Below, piece by piece: positions 27,101 to 38,043 of a stretch of 64,000 bases of DNA. This DNA is from Lama glama (taxonomy: Eukaryota): contig CM052817.1 of NCBI GenBank assembly GCA_028534125.1, positions 82,276,001-82,340,000 on the forward strand, written 5' to 3'. A program made the position numbers and the translations under genes. Position 1 is the stretch's first letter; every line of letters starts with the position of its first letter. The notes under the pieces are model-generated. The model searched no databases and was not told the DNA's origin. It saw nothing but the letters and a program-made list of their open reading frames with translations.

Positions 27101-28835
27101 GTTTGGCTTCATGATTAACATTTTGAGTAACTGAAATTCAAATAGAGTTCCTTGGCTAGAAGATTGTGTGAGAAAAATCAACAGCTGAAATAGTATGGGA
27201 GTTCTTGTAGGTTCCTCAGAGTAGGCAAGAGAGAAAAGAAGTCTGCCCTTTCCTCAGTCTCATCCTCCATGCTTTCTAGTATGAGACAGTTCAACATGTG
27301 ATTCCCAATGTACTATGGCTTAGTCTATCAAAATAACAAAGAGATAATTTTGTGATTGCTGACAAAGAAGCAAAATGCATCATTCACAGGATCAAATATA
27401 CAGAATGATTTCACCTGTATCCTTAAGTTCAGTGGAATAGTTAATTGAAGATCAGGAGAAAACTGGGAAAAAAACTGGCAAAATCATCCTTATAGGACAA
27501 AGATACCTAGATGTTTGTTCACAGTTTCAAATGTGGAAAACTTTCGAATGTTTTAATTTCTGAATTCTGTATCTATAGATAAAACAAAGGGTTCCTAAGT
27601 GGAATTTTAATCATATACAAATTTTGTCTGACATGCTGACTACAGGATTTGATGACAGATTCCTACACTATAAGATCTTATTTTCATTTCCAGATACATA
27701 CCCTGCTATCCCTAAATCTGATTAAAGAACATGTACCTTGGGTTTTGTGGAAATACCATAGAAACTTTGATGCCCAAAATATGCTTAATTGTTATGCTTA
27801 GTTTTGGTGTTCAATTTCCAAAAGGGACTAGGAGACAAAAGCTAACCATCCACAAAAATTAACAAAAGGCTGTTTAAATCTCTCTTTGAGGTCACTGCCG
27901 TGACTAGATCTCACAGTTTCTTTTTTCATGCTATGGACTGACAATAACACCTCCCTTGAATATTAAAGCACTGGTGTAAAATTTGTGACTAATTGCCTCC
28001 CCCTCCTTATCAGGTAACTCTCAAATATCTGTCATGAAATATATTTTGTATTCCCTCCTTTGTATCATATCAGTGGCAACATTCAAACTATAGAAACATA
28101 GGCAACTCATGGGGTCAGCTTTTAAACATGGCCTCATAGGAAAGTGTGAGTCACCCCATGCCCACTACCTAGAACTGAACTTGTTTACACTGTATTTAGT
28201 TAATTAGTTTGGCTAATTCACATGTATTTTTGGTTGCTTTCAATATATATTGAACTTTGTTGATGCCATCCTCATGTCCCCTCAGCACTTGCTCTCCCAG
28301 CCTACGCCAGTAACATCTTACTAAAATATCTGGAACTCTACCTCACGACTTTCTGTTGGCTAATGGGCGAGGGATAGGAAAGGAGTCAGAAAGTGCTAAG
28401 AAGTTTCTGCCCCTAAAGCAGCATTAGTCAATAAAAAATGTGAGCTGAAAGATACATTGTCCAGCTTTCCTACTGTTGCAGAACAAATGCGTTTCAAAAC
28501 CAAAGACTGTTGCAGGAAGAAGTTTTACTGCCAAGCAGGGACTCCCGTTTGTGGTGGACTGAATGATGGAGTTTGAGATGCTCACCTCCTAATCCCCAGA
28601 GTCTGTGAATGGTACCTTTTATGGATTTTACAGATGTGCTGAAGTTAATGATTTTGAGACAAGCAGATTATCATGGATGATTTGAGTGGGCCCAGTGTAA
28701 TAGCAAGGATCCCTATAAGAGGGACATAGGAAGAGTCTGAATCAGAGGAAAAGGTGGATGTGATGATGGAAACAGAGACAGGAGTGATGCACTTTGAAGA
28801 TGGGGAAGAGGCCACAAGTCAAGGGATACAGGAGA

Positions 28836-29658
28836 TATATTAGTCAGGGTGCTCCAAAGCAGCAGAACCAATTATATATAGATATAAAGAAAGAGATTTA
28901 CAGGCATTTGACAGAGACACAATGAGTTCCATACCACTGCAATAAAGTGAATATCACAATAAACTGAGTCGCACGTTTTGGTTTTCCAGTGCATATAAAA
29001 GTTATGTTTACACCATAATTTAGTCTAAGTGTGCAACAGCATAATGTCTAAAACATGTACGTGACTTAATTAAAAATATTTTATTGCTAAAAAAATGCTA
29101 ACCATCATTTGACAAAGCAGGGTTACCACAAACCTTCATTTTGTAAAAATAAAGAAAAAAAAAACAATATCTGCAAAATGCAACCAAGCAAGGTGCAAAA
29201 CGAGGTATGTCTACATTGTGAGGGATTGGCTTAAGCAATCTGAGAGTCTCAAAAGTTCCACAATCTGCCATCTGCAAGATGGAGGCCATAGAAACTAGTG
29301 ATGAGGTTCCAGTCCAAGCCGAAGGCCTACAAACTAGGGGGGTCAATGATGTGAACCTGAGTTTAAGTCCTAAGGCCCGAGAACCTGGAGCATTGATATC
29401 AGAGGGCAGGAATCGATGGATGTCCTAGCTTAAGGTAAGAAAGCGAATTTGCCCTTCCTCAGCCTTGTACCTCAGTTCAGGCCCAATGGATGGGGTGATA
29501 CCCACCCACAGTGGGGAGGGTCATCTTCTTACTCAGTCTGCTCTTTAAATGATAATCTCTTCTGGAAACACTCTCACAGACACACCCAGAAATAATGTTT
29601 TACCATCCATCCCAGCATCTTGTAGGCCAGTGAAGTTGACATAACATTGACCATCACA
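28836..29658 (-). mobile_element. MLT2-like ERVL LTR, split by a Tigger1 derivative
   Basis: Ends TATATTAGTCAGGGT and AAGTTGACATAACATTGACCATCACA; 5-bp TSD GGAGA/GGAGG (28831-35, 29659-63). Confidence 0.8.
28901..29213. mobile_element. Tigger1-derived non-autonomous element
   Basis: TA|CAGGCA..CCACTGCAATAAAGTGAATATCACAATAAA and GCAGGGTTACCACAAACCTTCA..AAACGAGGTATGTCTA match the two Tigger1 ends; interior deleted. Confidence 0.85.
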
Positions 29659-31316
29659 GGAGGCCACTAGAAGCTGAAGAGATAAAAGAAACACATTCTC
29701 CTCACAGATCCTTCATAGCAGCCTATACCACAACACCTTAAAACTGTGCAGTGACACTGACTTTGGACTGCTGAGCTCCAGAATTGTAAGAGGATAGATT
29801 TGCATTGTTTTAAGCTACTAAATGTATGACAACTTACTACAGCAGAAACAGGAAACGGATATACAGTCCAAGCAGAGTCCAGATGGGTTCTTGGGGATAA
29901 ACTTCAGAGAAGGAAAAAAGAAACAAGTCTCTATGTTGATGAAGAGTCAGTATCTGGGTTTATTGATTAAGTAAGTCTAGATTGTCTGGAGGGGCTGCTG
30001 TGTAGGCGTGCTGTCCTTCTTGGTATCCAGCTGCCTTTGCTACACACATGAGGTCCCTGCCTCAGAGTTTCATGGATGAGAAGAGGCTAATTAATTGCTA
30101 CATTACAACTTCCATCTCCCCTTCAGGTAAAGAGAGAGAACTCTGAGGTGCATTCTACATATTACCCAGAGTTGCTGAAAACAATAATGTGCTCAAAAAC
30201 ATAATATTCATCAGCTTTTCCCCTTCCCTTTACTTCCCCACTCCCAGACTGGTGTTTTCTGGGATCCCTTCACAAATACAACCCTTATATTCAAATTTTT
30301 TTTAATCTCTGGGTCTGCTTTTGGGAAACACAGTCTGAGACACTGTAATATATCGTAAGTTAAAAAATTAGTAATAGTAACTAGGTATTTTGTCCATCAT
30401 CGTTGTTAGTTTCCAGTAAGATAAACCAACTCTGGCTGGCTTAATTAGATAAGGAATTCATTAAGTCAATGCACAGTATCTCACTGCAGCTTTGGAGGAA
30501 CCAGAGAAGAAAGATTTCAATTAAGCACTCAAGAACAATTCCCCAAAACCAAGCACCTACAGAACTGATCTGGTAACAGAACTTCTGAAATTGCCACTAC
30601 ATACTAGTTTAATTGCTGTTACTTCTGCCTCTTCTTCTGCCCTAAAAATTTAATGGAACTGTAACTACTAATGCTGCTGATACAATTGTCACTTCTCTAC
30701 TAAGGACATAATCTTTTTTACCCAAAACTTCCCCTGTGCTACCCAAGAGGAAAACGTTCTACTATTTCACATTTCTTGTGCCACTAGCTCCTGAGTCAAG
30801 TATGACGGGAGTGCATTTGATTGGCAAGATGCAGATAACACGTCTACTCTCTGGCTGCAAGGGAGGCTGTGCAGAAGAGTGTCTGGCATGCCTTTCGTTC
30901 TCACTTTATATTGTTAGCTCTCGGTGAAAAGGAGAGACGTTTGCAGTTGTGACTCACAATCCTCTCATTCAGCTAAGCACTTGCTATTGGATCAGTTAGG
31001 TTAGAGCAGAGCTCCTGCTATTCTCAAGAATTTACTCATATAACTGCTATATTTCGCCTTCAAACCCTACATTTTTTTTCCCAATAAATTCTGAGGGCTA
31101 TCACAAGTCCTTATACCCAGATGTCTTTTCTAAGATGTCCATTTCCTTTCACCTCCCCACCTTTGCTGGTGGCTAGCTCCTTCTCTCTCTAAGAAAGCAC
31201 TGACATACCCTCATATTCTAGAAAGGATAAAGACTGCCCTTACTCCATGTATTAACCTAGCATTTTAGTAAAAGCCACAAAACTGGCCTAAATAGAAATC
31301 TTCATGAAGATATCAC

Positions 31317-31776
31317 TGTGATGATTAATTTCATTTGTCAACTTGACTGGACCATAGGATGCCCAGATATCTATTTAAACATATTTGTGCATATATGTGA
31401 GAGTGTTTTCAGAAAAGACTAGCATTTTAATTGGTGGACTGAGCAAAGCAGATTGCCCTCCCCAATGTGAGTAGGCATCATTCAACTAGTTAAGGGCCCA
31501 AACAGAACAAAAAGGCAGAGGAAGGTGGAATTTCCTCCCTGCCTGACTGCTTGAGCTGGACACTGGTCTTCTCCAGCCTTTACACAGGGACTTATCCTGT
31601 TGGTGTTCCTGGTTCTCAGGCATTTGAACTCAGGCTGGAATTTTCACCACCATCTATCCTGAGCTTCCAACTTACAGAAGACTGTGGGACTTCTGTTTCC
31701 ATAATTACATGAGCCAATTTCTTATAATAAATCTCTCTCTCTCTCTCTTGTTCTCTGGAGAATATTGACTAATAGA
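31317..31776 (+). mobile_element. MLT2-like solo LTR
   Basis: TGTGATGATTAATTTCATTTGTCAACTTGACTGG...TCTCTGGAGAATATTGACTAATAGA; TSD ATCAC/GTCAC. Confidence 0.85.
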
Positions 31777-32864
31777 GTCACTCCTAGAGTAAGGCTGACT
31801 GAAGGCCTATAAGCACATAATATTATTACCTATTTGTAAAGGATTACTTTGAGGTTCCCCCAAGCAATATTCGCCATAGCATCACCTTAGAAGGAATATT
31901 CTTTGTTTGGAGGCCATTGTTTCACTTGTAGCTACAGTTGTAATCAGTATGCAAGTCAGGTACTACAGGGTGTTATCTTTCAAAATCAAAGAAATTAGAT
32001 GCCTTTGAAAACTTTAGTAACTCTGACGATGGATTTATTTTACCATAAACATTTTTATGTATAGCAGTAAATTAACAGCAAATTATTATAAAAATATTCT
32101 TTGAACTAACTACTTAACTAAGTCTCCTACTTTTCTTACTGAAAGAAGACCCGTCTGAGAACCAAAGGATATTCATATAATTCATGCTCATTGCCTCTTC
32201 TTCCCAAATTAAGTATCCCTTAAATTATGAGAGAGCTGTTTTGTGTCTGTTGTCTCCTTTAACTTGCTAGTAGAGGAATATTAGAATTAGTATATTAGTT
32301 CAGCACAAGTACACACAGGCTTTTAGAGCTGGTCTCTAGGTGGATATTCAAAGGTAAGTGCTGGCTTTTCCATTTGATTGCTGACCATATTTTATTCCAA
32401 AATCTAAGCAAACAACTTCTTGCTATTCTTCAAATATATATCATAGTTTCCTGTCTTTATGCCTTTGCTCATACTGTTTTCTTTACTCACCATTCCCATT
32501 ATCTTCTCTGTCTGTGCTGTCCATTTTTAAGGCCATCTCAAATCTTTTCTGCTCCAAGATACTTCTCTTGGTTCTCTCAACCATAGGGAACTTTCCTCTT
32601 TTAAGTTACCATGATACTGCTTACATCAACTTACATCTTTCTGCCGTGAGTTACAGCTGTCTCATGCTTGTTACAGCCTCATTGCTAATCAGTAGGCTAT
32701 CTGAGGCCTGACTCTTTGGGCTTATCTGAATAGTATATATCCATTGAACCATAAAATCAAAAGGTATTTATTGAACTGATATGAAATGTATAAATTCTAA
32801 ATCAGATAATTTAGAATAATAATTACATGTCTTCAAAAAGAGACCCCCCTTTCTGTAGGATTCT

Positions 32865-33090
32865 ATGAGGTAGTGAGAAAAAACATTTAAGATTGAACTT
32901 TTGGCTCTACCACTAAACACCTGTGTGATAAAAGACCAATTACTAAATTACTCTAAGCTTCAGTTTCCTGATGTGTAAAATGGAAGTGGTAATACTTGCT
33001 TGTCAGGGATCTTACCCCCCAAGTTAGGAGCTAGTGTGAGATAGTATGTGTCAATCATCCGTCATTTGGTATACAAAGCTCAGGAGTTAC
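32865..33090 (+). mobile_element. MIR SINE
   Basis: CTCTAAGCTTCAGTTTCCTGATGTGTAAAATGG core. Confidence 0.65.
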
Positions 33091-33805
33091 AACCATTATT
33101 TACACCAATGTAAATGAAATCCAATAGGTATTTGTGTAAGTTCAGTTCAGATATTCTCTGCATGATTTAAAAAATAGAAATACTGAAAATGGAGTCATGC
33201 ATTACAACATGCATTACATGTCTTATTTTTGTTTGAAAGTTATACTGTGATAAACACATCATTAAGCACATTAAAATCAATACAAAGGGGAATTAGATTG
33301 TTAATTATTCGGTAACTCAAGTATATATGAAATACAGGCATTTGCATTGTTTTTTAAAGCAAATTCATAGTCATTAAAGCTGTGCATCTATCTGTATTTT
33401 GCATGCTGAAGAGAATTGATGAAAACCAAAAAGCTGAAGAGAAACAAAAATTCTGCATGAAATTCCTAGGAGTATTTTTTCTTTACTTGGTTATTTCTGT
33501 GCTTTTGGAAGAGAAATGCATTTGAACATTACATCCTTCAAGAGGCAAATGACTATCCTACATGTAAGCAGTCAAGGCGAAGTAGCCTAACCATTTCGGA
33601 GGCGAGCCAAAATTTTAAATCATTCCTGGTACTCACGATTCTGCTGTTCTCAGAAGGATCCAAATGGGGTGATTTGGTAAGGCAGCTGAAGAGTAGTGGA
33701 GGGTAACTCTGCAAGTGAAAAAAATATTTTATTTGTTTAGTACCCTTTTCCCGAGAGCCCCCAAACTTGCCTGGAACATAGCAGGGACTTAAGAAATATT
33801 TGTTG

Positions 33806-34312
33806 AGCGGATGAAAAGTGTCCCCTGCCTTATTAGCAAACAAAGGCTACCATTGCCATCAAGCCATCAGTCACTACAGGCTCCAGGCGTGGTGAGCCTG
33901 AGGGAACTCAGGATGGAGGTAAACAGGCTGCCCTCAGCCAGGCCCTCGGCCACTGCAGCCGCCCCCAGCGGTGCACCCGGGCAGACTCAGGAGGGGAAAC
34001 AATAGATAGCTATGCTCCACTTCAAAGGAGTAATTATAGGAAGCCCAGAACCTTGCATCTTCCCATACATAGAAAACGGCTAAATTCATTAACTCCAGAT
34101 GTCTGGGGTTTTCTTTAATTAACATTATCTATCGATATTCCGACTACCTGGTTTTTATTGCAAAACTCCCATATAGCCAGCCCCCTCCCCTACCTCCTCT
34201 GAACAGTCCCAGAGTGATCTGAGAGGTTGTCTTCTGGACTTGTTCTCGGAAAAACCACCAAATAAAACCAAATTCTCAACTTGTGGGTTTTTTTTTTTTT
34301 TTTCAGCCCACA
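33806..34312 (+). mobile_element. Solo ERV1-like LTR inserted in an L2 3' tail
   Basis: ~507 bp; internal duplicated unit (CACTRCAG..ACTCAGGA), TATA-like CATATAG ~34170, AATAAA at 34261, end TTTTCAGCCCACA; flanks GTTG/GGTG; removing it restores AAATATTTGTTGAATGAAT (L2 tail). Confidence 0.7.
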
Positions 34313-34449
34313 GGTGAATGAATTATCGAATATTTAAAATATAAACCATACTTATAAAACTAAAGTTACTGTGATTAAACTACCAGGTAGCTATATAGAT
34401 TTAGTCTAGATATTTTGCTAGGTATGACTTAAAATCAAAAAACAAACGT

Positions 34450-35873
34450 GGAGTGCCGGCGCGCGGCTGTGGCCCAGGAGGCCGAGTCCTAGCCCCGCTC
34501 CAGGGGCCCCGGAAGCTCCACCTCCGTCCCGCCGGCCTCTCTAGCCCGCCAGCCCAACTCGGTGGCTCCTCCACCAGCCGGGGCACTCGTGCCCCCCTCC
34601 CCCCACCCCACTCAGGGGGCAGCTCAGGCCATGACGCCTGCATACGCGATGGTCAGCGAGGCGCAGCCCTAGCCTGCTCCTCCTATGGCCCCTGGCGACC
34701 AGGTGGAGGCAGTGCTGGCCGGCGGGCCCAGACCCCTGAGCCCCTGAGGGCCCCTGGGGCTGGCTGCTGATGCTGACCGTCCTGTGGTGCAAGGGTCGGT
34801 GTCCGGCATCCAGGACGCCTGCGGGGTGCTCTTTCACGTCCATGCTGAAGACCTTCAGGTCCAAGGACGGTGATAAGATGGTCTTCAAGACAGCATAGGT
34901 AAGTTCTCTACGCGTGGGATGATTTCCTTTTGCTGCCCAGTAGCGTCTTCCCAGGCATGTTTGGTCGTGGGACAACAGCTGTGGTGGGTGCCGCTGTTGG
35001 GTTTGTTGGACTCAGGCCCAGTTCTTTTGTGAGTTCTGTGGAGCCTCTGTACCTTACCTGTGGAATCATGGTTGCTGTGGCTGCTCCTTTGCCTACCAGG
35101 CTTCACTGGTCATTTGGGGACGCTACTTCTAGAAGCGCCTTGGACTGGTGAATGGCATTGCTACCGCTGGCAGCAGTATCGTCACAATTTTGCTGTCTTT
35201 CCCTTTAAGGGTTCTGACCGACAGCATGAGCCTCTTTTACGCAGAGTGTCCTTTGCATCTTCCTGTTTGTTCTCTTCCTGGCTGGCTTTACTTACCGACC
35301 CCTTGCTTCCAGTACCAAAAGTTAAGACGGTAGACCCAAAGGGAGGTGACAAATTCTCCCACTTTTCCAGGACAGTTAAGTTCTCCAAAGAATGTTTTCA
35401 GTGTTGCCATATTCAGGGTGTCAGCCTTTGCACTGTGGGCGGTTGAAATACCTCTTGCACTTTTTGGATACTTTGTGCCTTGTGTTCACTTGAGTTGGCT
35501 GTTCCTTGATCAAGTCACCTCAGAGGTGGAGGGGTGTTGATTATCCGCCACCCTGGTCCTGGACCAGAGTTTTCTTTGCCTTGCAAGTTTCCCCTTGGTT
35601 CTCTCAGTACTAAGAACAGAGGCAGTGTTGGACCATCCCAACACTCAGAGCATTCTGCACAGCCATGGAGAGACTCACAAGGAAACTGGCTAATGTGAAT
35701 GAAACTATTGTGTAACCTGTTTCCAACTCCTGTATCAACTCTTTCTGTCTCTAGTACATTGTGAATATAAGAAAAAATTGCTTTTCACAACCTGTGACAA
35801 GCAGAACATGGAATATACATAGTTTTATGCTCAATTTTGTTTCCTACAATAAACATGAAGCACAGCAGAAAAC
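34450..35873 (+). pseudogene. SLC16A10: Processed pseudogene of SLC16A10 (MCT10/TAT1 aromatic amino acid and thyroid hormone transporter), N-terminal portion plus a novel 3' end
   Basis: Frameshifted translation gives SEAQP, WGWLLML..WC.GSV.GIQDACGVLF, SKDGDKMVFKTA, TAVVGAAVGFVGL.SSFVSSVEPLYLT.GI, LGLVNGIATAGSS, FLAGFTYRPL, ALWAVEIPLALFGYFVPCVHL, all matching recalled human MCT10. No introns; GC-rich 5'UTR-like leader; ATG 34631; TAG 34896-98; AATAAA 35848-53; A-rich remnant; candidate TSD AAAAACAAACGT (34438-49)/AAAGACAAATGT (35874-85). Confidence 0.93.
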
Positions 35874-36104
35874 AAAGACAAATGTATATACATTTATAGC
35901 AAGTTGGATTTGATTAATAACATAAGTGCTACTGTAGGAAAATGGAAGAAAGCAAACTACTTGATTTTTAGAGTTACTTATAAACTCTCTGAGACTTCTA
36001 ATGGATCGTCAGTGTCCTGAGAAAGCCCTAAAGACTTAGCGTGTTTACTGTTCCTTCCCTCATTTTTTCACCCCAGCTTTATCTGTACTGTTTTTATTTG
36101 TTTA

Positions 36105-36380
36105 TTTATTTTTTAATTGAAGTATAGCTGATTTATAATATTGTATTAGTTTTAACATAGTGATTCAATATTCTTACAGATTATACTCTAAAGTGATTAC
36201 AGAATATTGGCTCTATTCCCTGTGCTGTGCAATATATCCGTGTAGCTTGTTTATTTTATACATAATAGTTTGTGCCTCTTGATGCCCTACCTCCCCCCTG
36301 CACCATCTTGCCTCTCCCTCTTCCCTCTCACCAGTGGTGACCACTAGTTTGTTCTCTGTATCTGTTTGTCTTTCTTGTTG
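36105..36380 (-). mobile_element. L1 3'UTR fragment (cetartiodactyl type)
   Basis: TTAATTGAAGTATAGCTGATTTATAATATTGTATTAG..ATTCCCTGTGCTGTGCAATATATCC..ACCACTAGTTTGTTCTCTGTATCTGT. Confidence 0.85.
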
Positions 36381-38043
36381 ATGTGTAAATTTCACCAGGT
36401 TTTTTGTTTTGTTTTATTTTTAAATGTCTCAGGTTTTGTTAAAATATACTTTTTAATAATTTCAAAATTTAACTGTAATATGGATATTTGCTTAGCCCTC
36501 AAGTCCTTGGATTAATATCAAATTAAAGTTCATTAAAGTTTGAGGAAACTAAATTTAGCTTATAAGAGTCTTACGATTCTTGTATCAACTAGGAAATAAA
36601 TTATTATGATAGAGAAAAAAACAAAATAAATATTAAACTGCTTATAAATGATACAATTAAACAATTAAAAAATTACTCTATTTCTGCTTTGGCCTGTGCA
36701 GCTATTTTTTTGTGATATTGACAAGGATTCATTCATCAAAGAAGCTTAACCATTCTTAAGAAACTTAATATATCCTGCACAATAGTTTGGTTCAGAGTTG
36801 TTTGTCACATGATTTTAATCTGTATTATCTTTTGTGAGTGACCATGGTATCAATTGTAATATGTATGTGTGACGCTATTTTTTATTTCTCAGTGTCTCCA
36901 TATTTAGTCTTTTTCCAGTAATTTATGCACAAATATTTAAACATACTTTTTTCCTTCCTCAAGGAATTAACGAAACAAAACAATTTTCTAAAATGGGCTT
37001 TAGGATTTGAAAAAACATATTCTTGCTGCTCTGCTTTTTCAGAATGGATTTTTTTTCTGTCAGCGCAGATAATTACTGATGTTGTTTTTAATGTTACAAT
37101 TTAATAATTTGTAACATTTGTAAATTTGTGTAAAAGAAGCAGTGAACTGTTAAAATCAATTGCCTCTGATAGGTTCTAACTGTTTCATCTTTAGTCCCTT
37201 TCCCTTTGATTATCCACTGAGCATTATGGGGTTATTTGATGTCTGTTAGAAAAGTTGTTGTACAAATAAAATAGACTATATATATATATAAATATGCTGA
37301 AATACACATCAGTGGACACATTAATCTGGCTTAAGTTATTTGTATATGAGTCATATTACACTAGTCCTCAGTTTGGAAGTAAATACTTATAATAGTATTC
37401 TTTCTGAAACTAGGTTTATTTCCCAATGTAACATATAATAGTAAAAAATCTCTGTGAGGTGCATGATATCCACATTTCTATATGATAAAAAGTGGCTTTA
37501 TTCAAAGGTGATTGATGATAGTTAATTCTGCTGTTTTTCCTTTCATTTCTACCTCATTATGTAAATTACTATCTTCTTAATTTGCTCTTTATTCTCATCT
37601 ACATTTAAATTGGACACAGGAGAAATTAGGACAGCGACATCTGGCTTTAATGAAATAGAAATAGTTATATAACTAAATGCCATCATCAATCAGACTGCAT
37701 TTTGTCCCATTATAGATGCTGTTTGAAACAGTCACACCAAATATACCAAACAGAAGGAACAGCAGTAAAAAATGAATTAGTCTGCTCTATAAAGAATCAG
37801 AAACAGAAATCCAACAATCCTATCATATTCACTTCAGTTACATTCTGGCTGACTGAGAATTTAAAATACAAATCCATAATTGTATGAAGGGTCTCAAATA
37901 TTTTTTTCTTTTATAAAATATTGAAATAATACAAATACGTGACAAAAACATGGTTCAAATGATAAGAAAGCCTCAAAATGAAAATCTCTTTCTCTCCTAG
38001 TCTCTCTTTCTAGAAAATAACATTATCAGTTTCTAGTGTCTTT

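Larger units (their letters stand above)
28550..29865 (+). mobile_element. MLT1D-like MaLR LTR, split by MLT2
   Basis: TGTGGTGGACTGAAT..CCTAATCCCC..GGGCCCAGTGTAAT..TTTGAAGATGG; resumes at 29659 with CCACTAGAAGCTG..CTCCAGAATTGTAAGAG..GCAGAAACAGGAAACGGATATACA. Confidence 0.8.
28474..30107. mobile_element. Unassigned LTR-like element (second layer)
   Basis: Begins TGTTGCAG and ends CATTACA; interrupts the LTR16-like element and is itself interrupted by MLT1D. Confidence 0.4.
28258..30342 (+). mobile_element. LTR16-like ERVL LTR, split by nested insertions (outer layer)
   Basis: Left part 28258-28473; right part 30108-30342 contains AACTCTGAGGTG and ends GGGTCTGCTTTTGGGAAACACAGTCTGAGACA, typical of LTR16 3' ends. 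Confidence 0.65.

Noticed and set aside
32140..32156. 15-nt micro-exon-like signal on the minus strand (a similar 21-nt one lies at ~40573-40593)
   Set aside because: Isolated splice-like motifs are expected by chance, and no recognisable peptide results.
34899..34904. GTAAGT as a real SLC16A10 intron start (i.e. the true gene)
   Set aside because: Coding similarity continues straight through the site, so no intron is present.
34740..35492. SLC16A2 (MCT8) as the parent gene
   Set aside because: Diagnostic segments (GIQDACGVLF, SKDGDKMVFKTA, TAVVGAAVGFVGL) fit recalled MCT10, not MCT8.
34401..35540. Cluster of overlapping 60-144 aa ORFs as a functional gene
   Set aside because: They are frameshifted fragments, or antisense shadows, of the SLC16A10 retrocopy; no continuous frame exists.
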